This document shows positions 42,014 to 53,500 of a stretch of 64,000 bases of DNA, one piece after another. A program made the translations under genes and the position numbers. The stretch is from the NCBI RefSeq assembly GCF_000143415.4, contig NW_003314295.1:1347923-1411922 (forward strand), in the 5' to 3' direction. The DNA is from Selaginella moellendorffii (taxonomy: Eukaryota > Plantae > Lycopodiophyta). The notes under the pieces were generated by a model. That model was not told the origin of the DNA, did not search any database, and saw nothing but the letters and a program-made list of their open reading frames with translations. The first letter of the stretch is position 1; every line of letters starts with the position of its first letter.

Positions 42014-43750
42014 ATGCTGATGGCGCAGGTAGTGAGCTTGCAGGCGCCAGTGCCGGGGATTCGCGCAGCGGCGGCGCTGGACAAGGATGCGCTATCCAAG
42101 CAGCAGCAGCAGCAATGCGCGACCAATTTCTCGTCGCCAGGTTTGCGCTGTTCTTCCACTCAGCTCGGGCAGGGCCGGGATTCGGCCGTGTGTAGGGCTA
42201 GGATAGGCAGGACATGGCCGAATCCCAACTACAAGCCACCAGAGGGCGATGGATGGAACACCGGATCGACTGGAAGCTCGCTACCGTGGAATGAGGGCGG
42301 GGGAGGCGCTGCCCAGGCGGATTCTCAGTGGAACAACCAAAATGCCGCCGGAGGCAATGGGCAGCAGCAGAGTAGCGGCTGGAACAGCAATCCGCAAGGC
42401 TCTTGGAACAATCAAAATTCTGCGTGGAACAACCCGGCTCCTGGAAATCAGAGTTCCTGGAGCAATCCACCGGGCCAGCAGCAGGGTTCTAGTTGGAACA
42501 GCGGTGCTGGCTCGCAGCAAACTTGGAACGCTGGGAATCAAGGTCAGAACACTGGTTGGAACAACCACGATTGGAATAAAAACTCGTCGGGTGGTGGTTC
42601 TTCGTCTTCGTGGAGCAGCGCTGCCAATGCAGTGATCGATGTCACAAACAGCACTACTCCTGCTGCTCCCGCTCCTCCGGCTCCTCCCGCCGCTAACACT
42701 ACCACTGGAACGGGATGGAACAACCAGTTTGGAGGCAGTGCTTCCCCGAGCTTCAACTCTTCCGTAGCAACGAGTCCTGCTTCTACGACTGCTCAAAGTC
42801 CGATTCCAACGGGAAGTACTGCTCCAAGTTCACTCTGGGATACTACGCCGGCATCCGATGCTCCAAAGCTAGGTGGTGCTACCACCGTCACTGGCGATGC
42901 CACCACCACTTCCACTCCGACCGAGTCTCCAGCGATCGGGGGCCTCGCTCCTCAGAAGCTTTACCGCGACGAAGACGGCTGGCCCAGTCCGTTGCTGGAT
43001 CCCGAGTACAAGCCCTCGGACGAGAGCTTTTCGTCCGGGTCTTTTCGAAGCTCATCTTTCGGGAAAGGTGTCGGGAAGACATGGCCGAACCCAAACTACA
43101 AGCCGCAGCCTGGTGACAACTACGTCTACTCGTCTGGCGGCTCTTCGTTTAGCAAATACGGCAGCGGGAAGACGTGGCCAAATCCAAACTACAAGCCGGA
43201 GATGAGTGATGGTCGTGACAACTTCGTGTCCTTCAGCAAAGGAAGTGGCAAGACATGGCCGAACCCGAACTACAAGCCGCAGCCTGGCGATCCTCCGTTC
43301 GTTAGTGGCTCCGGCAAAGGTGGCACTGGAAAGACTTGGCCGAATCCAAACTACAAGGGTGATGATCCGACTTATGTCTGGGGTGGTGGTGGCAAAGGCA
43401 GCGGGAAGACATGGCCGAATCCAAACTACAAGGGTCCTCCCCCGATTTACGTGACGGGAGGAGGCAAAGGTGGAGGAAAAGTTTGGCCGAATCCAGACTA
43501 CAAGGGTCCTCCTGTCGGCCCCGAGTTCGCAGGATCCACGAAGAAAGGAGGGAAGACATGGCCGAATCCGAATTACAAGGGAGACGATCCAACGTACGTA
43601 AGGGGTGGCAAAGGCAGTGGCAAGACATACCCGAACCCAAACGTGAAGCCACTTCCAGGAGAAAACCCATGGAATGCGTAAGTTCATCTGTTTCCTTTTC
43701 TCTTTCTTTCCTCTTGTGACCTGACGTGTTTGCTTTGCAGGCGGTGGTGA
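42014..43750 (+). CDS. Uncharacterised low-complexity repeat protein: predicted plastid transit peptide, W-N/Q/G/S-rich region, 9 x (K/R)TWPNPNYK-type motifs
   Basis: Uninterrupted ~555-codon ORF with ATG at 42014 or 42020. The N-terminus MAQVVSLQAP...RCSS...VCRA is transit-peptide-like. The repeats vary synonymously at DNA level while the amino acids are conserved. A likely intron at 43678-43740 gives the C-terminus PWNARW*. Confidence 0.85.
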
Positions 43751-44063
43751 ATGTTAAGTGACTCAACGAGTAATTCTCATCTTTCTTTTTGTATCAGCAT
43801 CGCACCATGTAGGTACGCATCTGAAGTTAGTCTTGGAACTGTATGGCCTTTAGTTCTATCTGAATATCATTTGCTGTTTCTTATCCCGAGTTCTATTGTT
43901 GGTGTTTCTTATCCACTTTAAAACGAAGGCGCTCGTACCTTGGTCTAAACTGACTAGTGGTGCCGAGTAAATCGTGGAAAAAATGTCGAGCGAGATTCCT
44001 GTAAGCCTTTTGTTTCTCAGGTTGGCTTGAAATTCTTCCGCGTGACCCGTTGCTTCTTTGTCC

Positions 44064-46901
44064 ATGGCCAGCTTTCGAACAGTAGCATTTTTCTTTGTTT
44101 TGCACTTCGCAGCATTCATCGATGCAACATCAAAGGTGTAACTCTTTGCTGAATTTGTTTTTTGGTTCGTGTGTGCTTTATATACTTGTTTTCCACAGTC
44201 ATATATTGTTTATCTGGGAGGGCCTTTAGAAGAGGGATACAATGTCGCTTATCTTCACCACCAAAAACTATCTACAGTTCTTGGGTACAAGTTACACTTC
44301 TTTCTTTACAAAATGAACTTACTTTCAGAACCAGACACGAGCTTGCCAAGGAGGCAATGCTATATAGCTACAAGCACCTCTTCAATGGATTCTCAGCAGT
44401 TATCCCACCTGACAAGGTTAAGAACATTTCAAGTATGTCTCGAAGACTTTATTATTGCAAGTAATAACGTAGTTTGAGTTGTTTTGCAGAGCTGCCTGGC
44501 GTTAAGATGGTCCTGGAGGACAAAGTGTATAGACTCCAGACGACGAATTCGTGGCAGTTTCTCGGTCTCCAAAATATGAATGGAACCGTTGCAAATGGAA
44601 AGATCCAGCAAACTAGAAATAACGGCGGCCAAGATGTTGTGATTGGTATGCTTGACACAGGTACGAATACCGTGTGATTGCTGTCCTTAAGACGACTTTT
44701 CTTGTGAATGCTTCAGGCATTTGGCCAGAATCGGCAAGCTTCGATGATAGCTCTTACAGTCCGGTCCCAGAAAACTGGAATGGTTCTTGCGTAAACACCA
44801 CGGATTTTAGTTCCACAAGCGACTGCAACCGGTGAGCTTTTTCAACACGCCATTTGTGAATGCCAACAGCATGTTATATCACACAGGAAAATAATCGGTG
44901 CCCGATATTACTTTCAAGCCGCAAATGCGACGCAACAAGACGAGTCAATCCTGCTATCGCCAAGAGACACCGAAGGCCACGGCACGCACACGGCATCCAC
45001 CGCAGCCGGAAGTTTTGTCAGGGATGCAAACTACCGCGGTTTTACTCGCGGAACTGCTCGAGGTGGCGCGTATGGAGCTCGGCTCTCGATTTACAAGACG
45101 TGCTGGAACAATTTGTGCTCGAATGCTGACATTCTGGCAGCGCTTGACGACGGTATCGGGGACGGTGTGCAAGTTTTCAGCATCTCACTGAGCGGTGAAG
45201 GAGCTATCCCTGAGACAAAGGATCCACTGGCCTTTGGAACGCTCTATGCGGCCATGCATGGGATTTCCATCGTTGCAGCGGCGGGAAACTATGGTCCTAA
45301 GTATGCCACCGTAAGCAATGTAGCACCCTGGATGATTACCGTTGCTGCTACCACAACTGATCGGGCCTTCGCCAGCAACGTCATCCTCGGCGACCTCTCG
45401 AGCTTCATGGTAAGGAAAACGTTATTTTTTACAGGAGCTTAATTGCTTACTTCCAGGGTGAAAGTTTATCAGAAGCTGCCCTGCAATCTGGATTCTATCC
45501 CCTCGTCGCGGCTTCCGATGTTTCCTTTGCGAACATCTCAAGGTAACTATCCGCTTGTTACACTTTGCAGAAGTTACTGTAACTTTGCTGTGATTGAAAC
45601 AGTGACTTGAGCATGATGTGTATTCCTGGAGCACTCGACCCTCAAAAATCGCAGGGTAAGATCGTCTTGTGTTCAGACAGTGGTGTTTCTTTAGTTGTGA
45701 AAGGAGTGGCTGGTGCACTTGCAAAGGCTGCGGGTTTGATCATTTACAACAGCGAAATGCAAGGCGAGACTTTAGAGGCCGTGAATTATGGCCTGCCTGC
45801 AGCAAACGTTGGATACAAAGCTGGACAGGCTATTGTTGCTTACATGCAATCGACTGGGTAATTTCTCTCTATGCAATTTTTTGTGGTTTTAAGTTTGTCA
45901 TATGATCATATTATTATCCTGTTGTTTTTTACAGGAATCCAACGGCATATATAACTCGTTCTGTGACATCAACTAGTGGTAGACCCGCTCCGGAAGTTGC
46001 TGCATTCTCTGGTCGAGGTCCAAACTTGGTTTCTCCAGAGATTGTCAAGGTACTTGGAAGCAGTTTACTCTGGAACTTTCAGCTAAAACTTCTTTCTTGG
46101 TGATGTAGCCTGATATTGCTGCTCCAGGAGTAAGCATACTAGCCGCGTACAGCGAATTTCACAAAACAGACAGTTATGTGGTCATTTCCGGAACTTCCAT
46201 GTCCTGTCCACACGTCACGGGAATTGTAGCGCTTCTCAAAAGCTTGCATCCGGACTGGAGCCCAGCAGCAATTCAATCAGCTATCATCACTACAGGTAGA
46301 ACACAAAGAATCTGTTTTCTATGTTCAAATCACTGACGCTCTCTAAACAGGCAAGACTACCAACAACGTAGGCGTTTCGATAAAGGATCAGACCTCCGAG
46401 AACGATGCGACGCCTTTTGACATCGGTGGCGGGGAGATCGATCCTCAAGCAGCAGCAGACCCGGGACTTGTTTACGATGCCACTCCTGGAGACTACTTTC
46501 TATTCTACTGCCAAAAACTCAAGCTCCAGAAAGCGCCGGCCTTGGACGCGGATTGCAGAGACACCGAAACCGAGTCGTTTCAGCTCAACTATCCGTCCAT
46601 CTCGGTGTCTCTCAAGCCTGGCACGGCTGCAAAGATCACCCGCAGGCTAAAGTCCGTGATGGAAGGAACTTCTACGTTTCACGCCAGTGTCCGTCTTCCT
46701 ACAGTGGCCTCGCTGACCGTCTCGGTGAGGCCCTCGGTCCTAAACTTCACCCAGCAAGGCGACGAAGCATCGTATAAGATGGAGTTCTCATTGGTGGAAG
46801 GATTTTCCACAAAGCAAGCTTATGTCTATGGCTCCTTGACGTGGAGCGATGATCGAGGCTACCGAGTACGCAGTCCCATGGTCATCAAGCTGGAAGCATA
46901 A
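44064..46901 (+). CDS. Subtilisin-like serine protease (S8A) with signal peptide, I9 propeptide, PA and Fn3-like domains
   Basis: [21 protein letters not shown]|[37 protein letters not shown] (Asp), [12 protein letters not shown] (His), [18 protein letters not shown] (Ser), QLNYPSI and [12 protein letters not shown]. Confidence 0.95.
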
Positions 46902-47521
46902 GAAACTTATCAAGGCTCTTCTTTGTTCTTCTTTTCTTCGATTAAAAAACGATCGTGTGACAACTTAGGACGCGTGAAGAACATTCCAACATTCCATTGT
47001 CTTGTTTGGAGCGTACGCTGTTTGATCCATTCGCGACGAAGGAAAGAAGCTCTCTTCTAGCTCTAGTGCGGTGTCTTTCGCTGGTTAACATCAAGCTAAA
47101 ACTATGGGCTCCATGCATTATTTTACTAGGGTATTTAATGTAAGCGACCATTTGACGCCACACGTACTAGCACAGACAAACGGTAAGATCGGCGTCTTTG
47201 AAACAGGAGTTCTCTCTCTCTTCCCCTCTCCATTCGATCGATCGAATAAGAGGCGCCGTCCCGCCACGCCCGGGCCTGCCACTGCCGCTGGGTAGCTGCC
47301 GAGCTTCCGCCGTGCGCCATCGCGATCGATCTGTTCCTTAGGTAATCCCTCGCAGTGTAGCTACAGTGGCGAGAATGCGAGGGATTTAGCTTGCGTCCAG
47401 CTGCTGCCCACACGGCATTTCGCGATCCGGGCGGGAGCGTGGAGATTTCGGCAGGAAATGTAGGTAGGGATTGCGATCCGGCCTGAATCGGTGGGTCTGG
47501 GGTTGGGGATAGAGGGGGATT

Positions 47522-50500
47522 ATGGCGAATGGCGCGCCCCTGGCGTCGCCGGGCTCGTCCGGGAGGAGGCTTAGCAGGACGTATACGAATGGGATGTTCT
47601 CCGGCGAGGTTCTCGACAGTGAGGTGGTTCCTTCGTCGCTTGCCCCCATTGCTACCATTCTCCGGGTCGCCAACGAGATAGAGCCAGAGCGGCCGCGCGT
47701 TGCTTATCTGTGTATGTCCATGATCTCGAGTTTTTTTTTTCGTTTCTTATGGGTGTTTTTTTTTAATCTTCCAGGTCGATTCTATGCGTTTGAGAAGGCG
47801 CATCGTCTTGATCCTACGTCTAGTGGGCGAGGCGTTCGGCAGTTCAAGACAGCTCTTTTGCAACGCCTTGAGAAGGTCTGAAAAAATCATAAAAATGCCA
47901 AAGACAACTCTGTAACTTTTGTTTGACAGGATAACGAGAGGTCGATCAGAAGCAGAGTGAAGCGCAGTGATGCACGAGAGATTCAGAGCTTTTACCAGCA
48001 GTACTATGAGCAGTATGTCAAGGCTCTGGATGGCGCTGAACACGCAGACAGGTATTCTTCGAATTTTTCTCTTGTCGTTTCCTTCTAACAACATGACGCA
48101 CTGTTTGTGTTATGTCAGAGCCCAACTTGCAAAGGCTTATCAGACCGCAGGAGTCCTCTTCGAGGTTCTTTGTGCTGTCAACAAGACTGAAGAAGTTGCC
48201 CCTGAGGTATTGCTTAAGACAGCACTCTCGTGCAAGTTACGCTAACAGGAAACATATAGATTATTGCAATGGGTCGAGACATCAAGGAGAAGAAGGAAAT
48301 ATACGTTCCGTATAATATTCTCCCGCTTGACGTTGCAGGCTCGTCACAAGCAATAATGCAGCTTCCAGAGGTGCACTTTCGCTTTTGTTTGGCACTGTCT
48401 TGGAAGTTTTGTTTATTCATTTTGTTTTCAGATCAAAGCCGCAGTCGATGCGTTGAGAAATATTCGCGGGCTACCATGGTCAGCTGCAACCAAACAGTCA
48501 AATAAAGATGTTATTGATTGGTTGAAGGAGAAGTTCGGCTTTCAGGTTCTATCATCTCCTTGCAGATCATAATGTAGGTGTTGACGCTCATCTTCCACAG
48601 AAAGATAACGTCTCCAACCAGAGGGAGCACCTGATTTTACTCCTTGCTAACGTTCATACGCGCATACAATCAAAGACTGAAACTATCAATAAGGTCCGAT
48701 ATCTTAAGCACCTTTTGAATTGCACATTTAACAGCGATTTTGCAGCTAGAAGACCAGGCCATCAATGAGGTCATGCGCAAACTTTTTAAAAACTACAAGA
48801 GCTGGTGCAAGTTTCTGGGACGCAAAAGTAGTCTTACGTGGGTTTACTTTCTCCTTTTTTTTTCTTGACAACTATAATAATGTGCAGTCTTCCGGATATT
48901 CAACAAGACATCCAGCAACGCAAACTCCTATACATGGGGTTGTATCTTCTAATCTGGGGAGAAGCAGCTAATCTTCGTTTCATGCCTGAATGCCTCTGCT
49001 ACATATTTCATAATGTAAGTGAACTGAAGCAATTTGGATGCGATGATGATAAATGATGGTCTGTAGATGGCTCTAGAGCTTCACGGGATGCTGGCTGGTA
49101 ACGTGAGTTTCGTGACTGGTGAGAACATTAAACCTGCATATGGTGGTGAGGAAGAATCCTTTCTTCGCAAGGTTGTGACGCCGATATATGAGATCATTCA
49201 AAAGGTCTGCTAGTACTTTTATATGTAATTGAAATTACCTCTGTATTTATCTCTAGGAAGCTGCGAGCAATGAATGTGGTACAGCGACCCATTCATCCTG
49301 GCGAAACTATGACGACCTGAACGAATATTTCTGGTCAGATGATTTTTCTTTTTTTTTCCAAAGGTTGACAGTCTTGTAAGGCAGGTCCGACCACTGTTTT
49401 CGCTTGGGATGGCCCATGCGCGCCGATTCGGACTTTTTCGTTCCGCCTTTGACAACAACACCATTTCAGGTGTGTTGTGATACTTATTCTGCGATGCTTC
49501 ATAGAGATTTATGCAGACAATCTCCAAGAAGCCGGTTACGAGGAAGCTAAACAAAATCGGATTCGTAGAAATACGTTCCTTTTGGCATATATTCAGGAGC
49601 TTTGACAGAATGTGGACGTTTTATATCTTATGCCTTCAGGTATTGTGCTTTACTTTCAGCTTTGGCAGCTAGAAGGCGAGTCTCTACAGGCAATGATCAT
49701 TTTGGCTTGGAGCAAAACAAATTCGCCATCTGACATATTTGAAGACAAGATGCTTAAAAAGCTTTCGAGTATTTTCATAACGGCCTCAATTCTTCGTCTT
49801 CTGCAGAGTAAGACTTGGCCTAACGCATGAAACGTAAAATAATTCATCTGTGCAGGCGTTCTCGATATTGCTTTTACCTTTAAGGCCTCTCGAAACATGC
49901 GATTTACGGGAATGCTGAGGCTCGTCCTTAAGTTCGCTATATCTTTAGCCTGGGTGATTACTCTTTCCACATTATATGCTCATTCGTGGGAGCCAAACGG
50001 ATTGATGAAATCTGTAAAGAACTGGCTTGGACAAAACTGGAGGAATCCATCGCTATATACTGCTGCTTTGGTTTTGTATCTTCTGCCAAATTTTCTGGGA
50101 GCAGCCTTTTTTGTCTTTCCATTGTTGCGAAGATGGATAGAAAATTCTAACTGGCGGATAGTTCGCTTAATGCTGTGGTGGTCACAGGTAAGCTGCTGCT
50201 TTCTCGTTTTTGTAGCTGATTGACACCTGATCTAGGTCCCACTGTATGTTGGTCGAGGAATGCATGAAGACCAGTTTACATTGTTCAAGTAAGTACGAAT
50301 CATCGCCGACATAAAACTTAAGCTCTTTTGTTGCCAGGTATACAATGTTTTGGATACTGCTCGTTATTAGCAAACTTCTGTTTAGTTACTACGTTCAGGT
50401 AATTTAGATAGACTACATCTTGTTTACTGGGAAGATGTCCATGCAGATCAAGCCTCTGGTGGAGCCCACGAAGCGGATCATGGGAGTGAGACAAATAGTA

Positions 50501-53500
50501 TACACTTGGCATGAACTGTTTCCGAACGGTACGCAGCTTTGTGCTCCATTTTGGCTCTAACAATGTACACCGCAGCGAAAAAAAATATTGCCGCTGTTCT
50601 TTCATTGTGGTCTCCTGTTATTCTGGTAAGCCGGCGACTTTTGTTATCAGAGTAACTTAATGCTCGCAACAGATATACTTCATGGACACACAAATTTGGT
50701 ATGCTATATACTCGACGTTGTTTGGTGGGATTTTGGGCGCTTTCAGGCGACTTGGGGAGGTGTGAACATTACAGCTTTTAATTTTGTACGGCGATGAAGG
50801 CTCCTTGATTTTTCAGATTCGAACGCTGGGCATGTTGAGATCGAGGTTCCGTTCGTTACCTGGAACTTTCAACGAGAATCTAATTCCCGTTGATAAAGCG
50901 CCTCGAAAGGGATTTTCTTTCTCTCGAAAATTTGAACAGGTTCCAAATCATTTTGTTGTATGACTTGGCATTACAACATTTACGTTGCAGAATACAGGGA
51001 AGGACAGGAAACAAGCTGCAAGATTTTCTCAGCTTTGGAATGAAGTCATCACTAGTTTTCGTGAAGAGGACCTTATCAACAACAGGCAAGTGCGCTGTGT
51101 TCCTGAAAGTTCTCTAACTTGAGACTGTTTACAGGGAAATGAACTTGATGCTTGTTCCATATTCATCGGATCCTAATCTTTCGATTGTGCAATGGCCACC
51201 ATTCTTATTGGCTAGTAAGGTATAATCAACTGCACAATTTGGCTAGGACTAATACTCGTTTCCAGATTCCTGTTGCATTGCAAATGGCTGCAGAATATCG
51301 CGGAAAAGACAATATAGATCTCTGGCGCAAAATCAAGGCCGATGACTACAGGCATTGCGCTGTTGAGGAATGTTATGAAGCCTTCAAAGCCGTCATTAAA
51401 ACAATTATTAGAAATGAACCGGACAAGCGGTACTATCTCCAGTTAATTCTATTTTCGGTTGCTAATACATCATTTCAGAATTATTGAAGATATAATACGC
51501 ACTGTCGAGCGGGACATCCAAGCCAATACATTTCTGCATCATTTCAAATTAAGCGCTCTGCCTTCACTTGCTTCAAAATTTGTGAGGCTGGTGGAGCTTC
51601 TGGTAACATGCTGTTTTTTCTTCACGGTTTTTTGTTCAAAATCACTTTCTGTGTCAGGCTCGTCCGGATCCAAACGCCCGGGATACGGTCATCTTACTCC
51701 TGCAAGATATGTATGAAGTTGTCACAAAAGACATGATGGTCGAAGAAGTGGAACTTAAAAATACCAAGCACTCAAATTCCACAAATCAGCTATTCGACTC
51801 TGTTCTTTATCCACCCCCCGCTACAGACGCGTGGTTTGAGCAAGTAATTTTGTTTTTCCTTACTCTTGTGCTGTCTAACCGTATAAGTTGTATCTACAGG
51901 TCAATAGACTTCATTTGCTTTTGACTGTAAAAGAGTCTGCTATGGATGTCCCCGTGAACCTAGAAGCCCGCCGACGTATTGCGTTCTTCACAAATTCGTT
52001 ATTCATGGATATGCCACGTGCTCCTCGAGTCAGGAAAATGCTACCGTTCAGGTTTGCTAGTTTGTCCAAATGAAGTTTCTCGTGGTTTATACTTGTTTCT
52101 GGTTTACAGCGTGCTCACTCCGTACTACAGTGAAGACATTGTTTTTACCAAGGAGCAGCTTCATCTAGAGAACGAAGACGGTGTTTCTATACTTTTCTAC
52201 CTTCAAAAGATATATCCAGGCAAGCGAGTTGTATTCACTTTTGGCTGGTATACTGATCAAGGAAAATAATTTGCAGACGAATGGGATAACTTTTTGGAGA
52301 GAATCGCATGTAAGTCGGATGCTGATGCGTGGGGGAACGAGGAGTTCGAAATGCAGCTTCGTCATTGGGCATCATTTAGGGGGCAAACTCTTCTAAGAAC
52401 TGGTATGCTGCTTGTTTTTTATTATGGCTTTTAATGCACGACAAATATTTGCAGTAAGGGGAATGATGTACTACCGAAGAGCACTCGAACTACAAGCGTT
52501 TCTTGACATGGCATCTGACGACGGTAAGAACTTCCTCTTCCAAATTGTAGTTAATATTTCTTGATTGCTTGCAGAGATATTGGAAGGCTACAAAGTGATT
52601 GGTTGCTCTTCAAAGGAAACGAAAAAGAGTCAAAGATCTGTATGGGCGCAGTTGCAAGCTGTCGCCGACATGAAGTTCACATACGTTGCTACTTGTCAGA
52701 TTTATGGACTTCAAAAGCGCTCAGGTGATCAGCGAGCAACAGATATATTGAACCTTATGCTGAAGTAAGAAGTTTTTAATTTATGATCTCACATGTAAGA
52801 TAACCTTGCTTGCTCGAAATGTAGGCATCCATCACTTCGCGTTGCATATATTGATGAAGTTGAGGAGACGCAGAAAGACAATAAAAGCAAGAAAGTATAC
52901 TACTCTGTCTTGGTAAAGGCTGTCGACGGGCTTGATCAGGTACGCGGACTTGGACTCCTCTTGTTTGTCATCTGCTCATGTATTGTGGCTCTCAGGAAAT
53001 ATACAGGATAAAGTTACCAGGTCCAGCTAAACTAGGGGAGGGAAAACCGGAAAATCAAAATCATGCAATTATTTTTACGCGAGGCGAGGCTCTTCAGACG
53101 ATTGATATGAACCAGGTAAGGTCAAATTATTAAAACCAGATGTTTAATCTTTTTGGTTTAGGATAACTACTTGGAGGAAGCATTCAAGATGCGAAATCTT
53201 TTGGAAGAATTTCATGAAGATCACGGGGTGAGGCCTCCTAGTATTCTTGGTGTGAGGGAACATATTTTTACGGGAAGGTAACTGATCTGATTCAAAATTG
53301 TCTGGTTCTGAGTCATTGCTATCAGTGTTTCTTCCCTGGCGTGGTTTATGTCGAACCAAGAAACAAGTTTTGTCACGATCGGGCAGCGGGTGCTTGCAAA
53401 TCCATTAAAGTAAGTCCATTAACAGCAGAATCTTCTGTATTAATATGTTTTTTTTTGTCTTTCAGGGTGCGGTTCCATTACGGACATCCAGATGTATTCG

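Noticed and set aside
42254-42725. AGO-hook (GW/WG) platform as in NRPE1/SPT5L
   Set aside because: Most motifs are xWN rather than GW/WG, and the N-terminus looks plastid-targeting. Not excluded, but unsupported.
43073-43650. CRISPR-like appearance (short repeats with variable spacers)
   Set aside because: The locus is eukaryotic, the repeats vary at synonymous positions and stay in frame, and there are no cas genes. It is a coding repeat.
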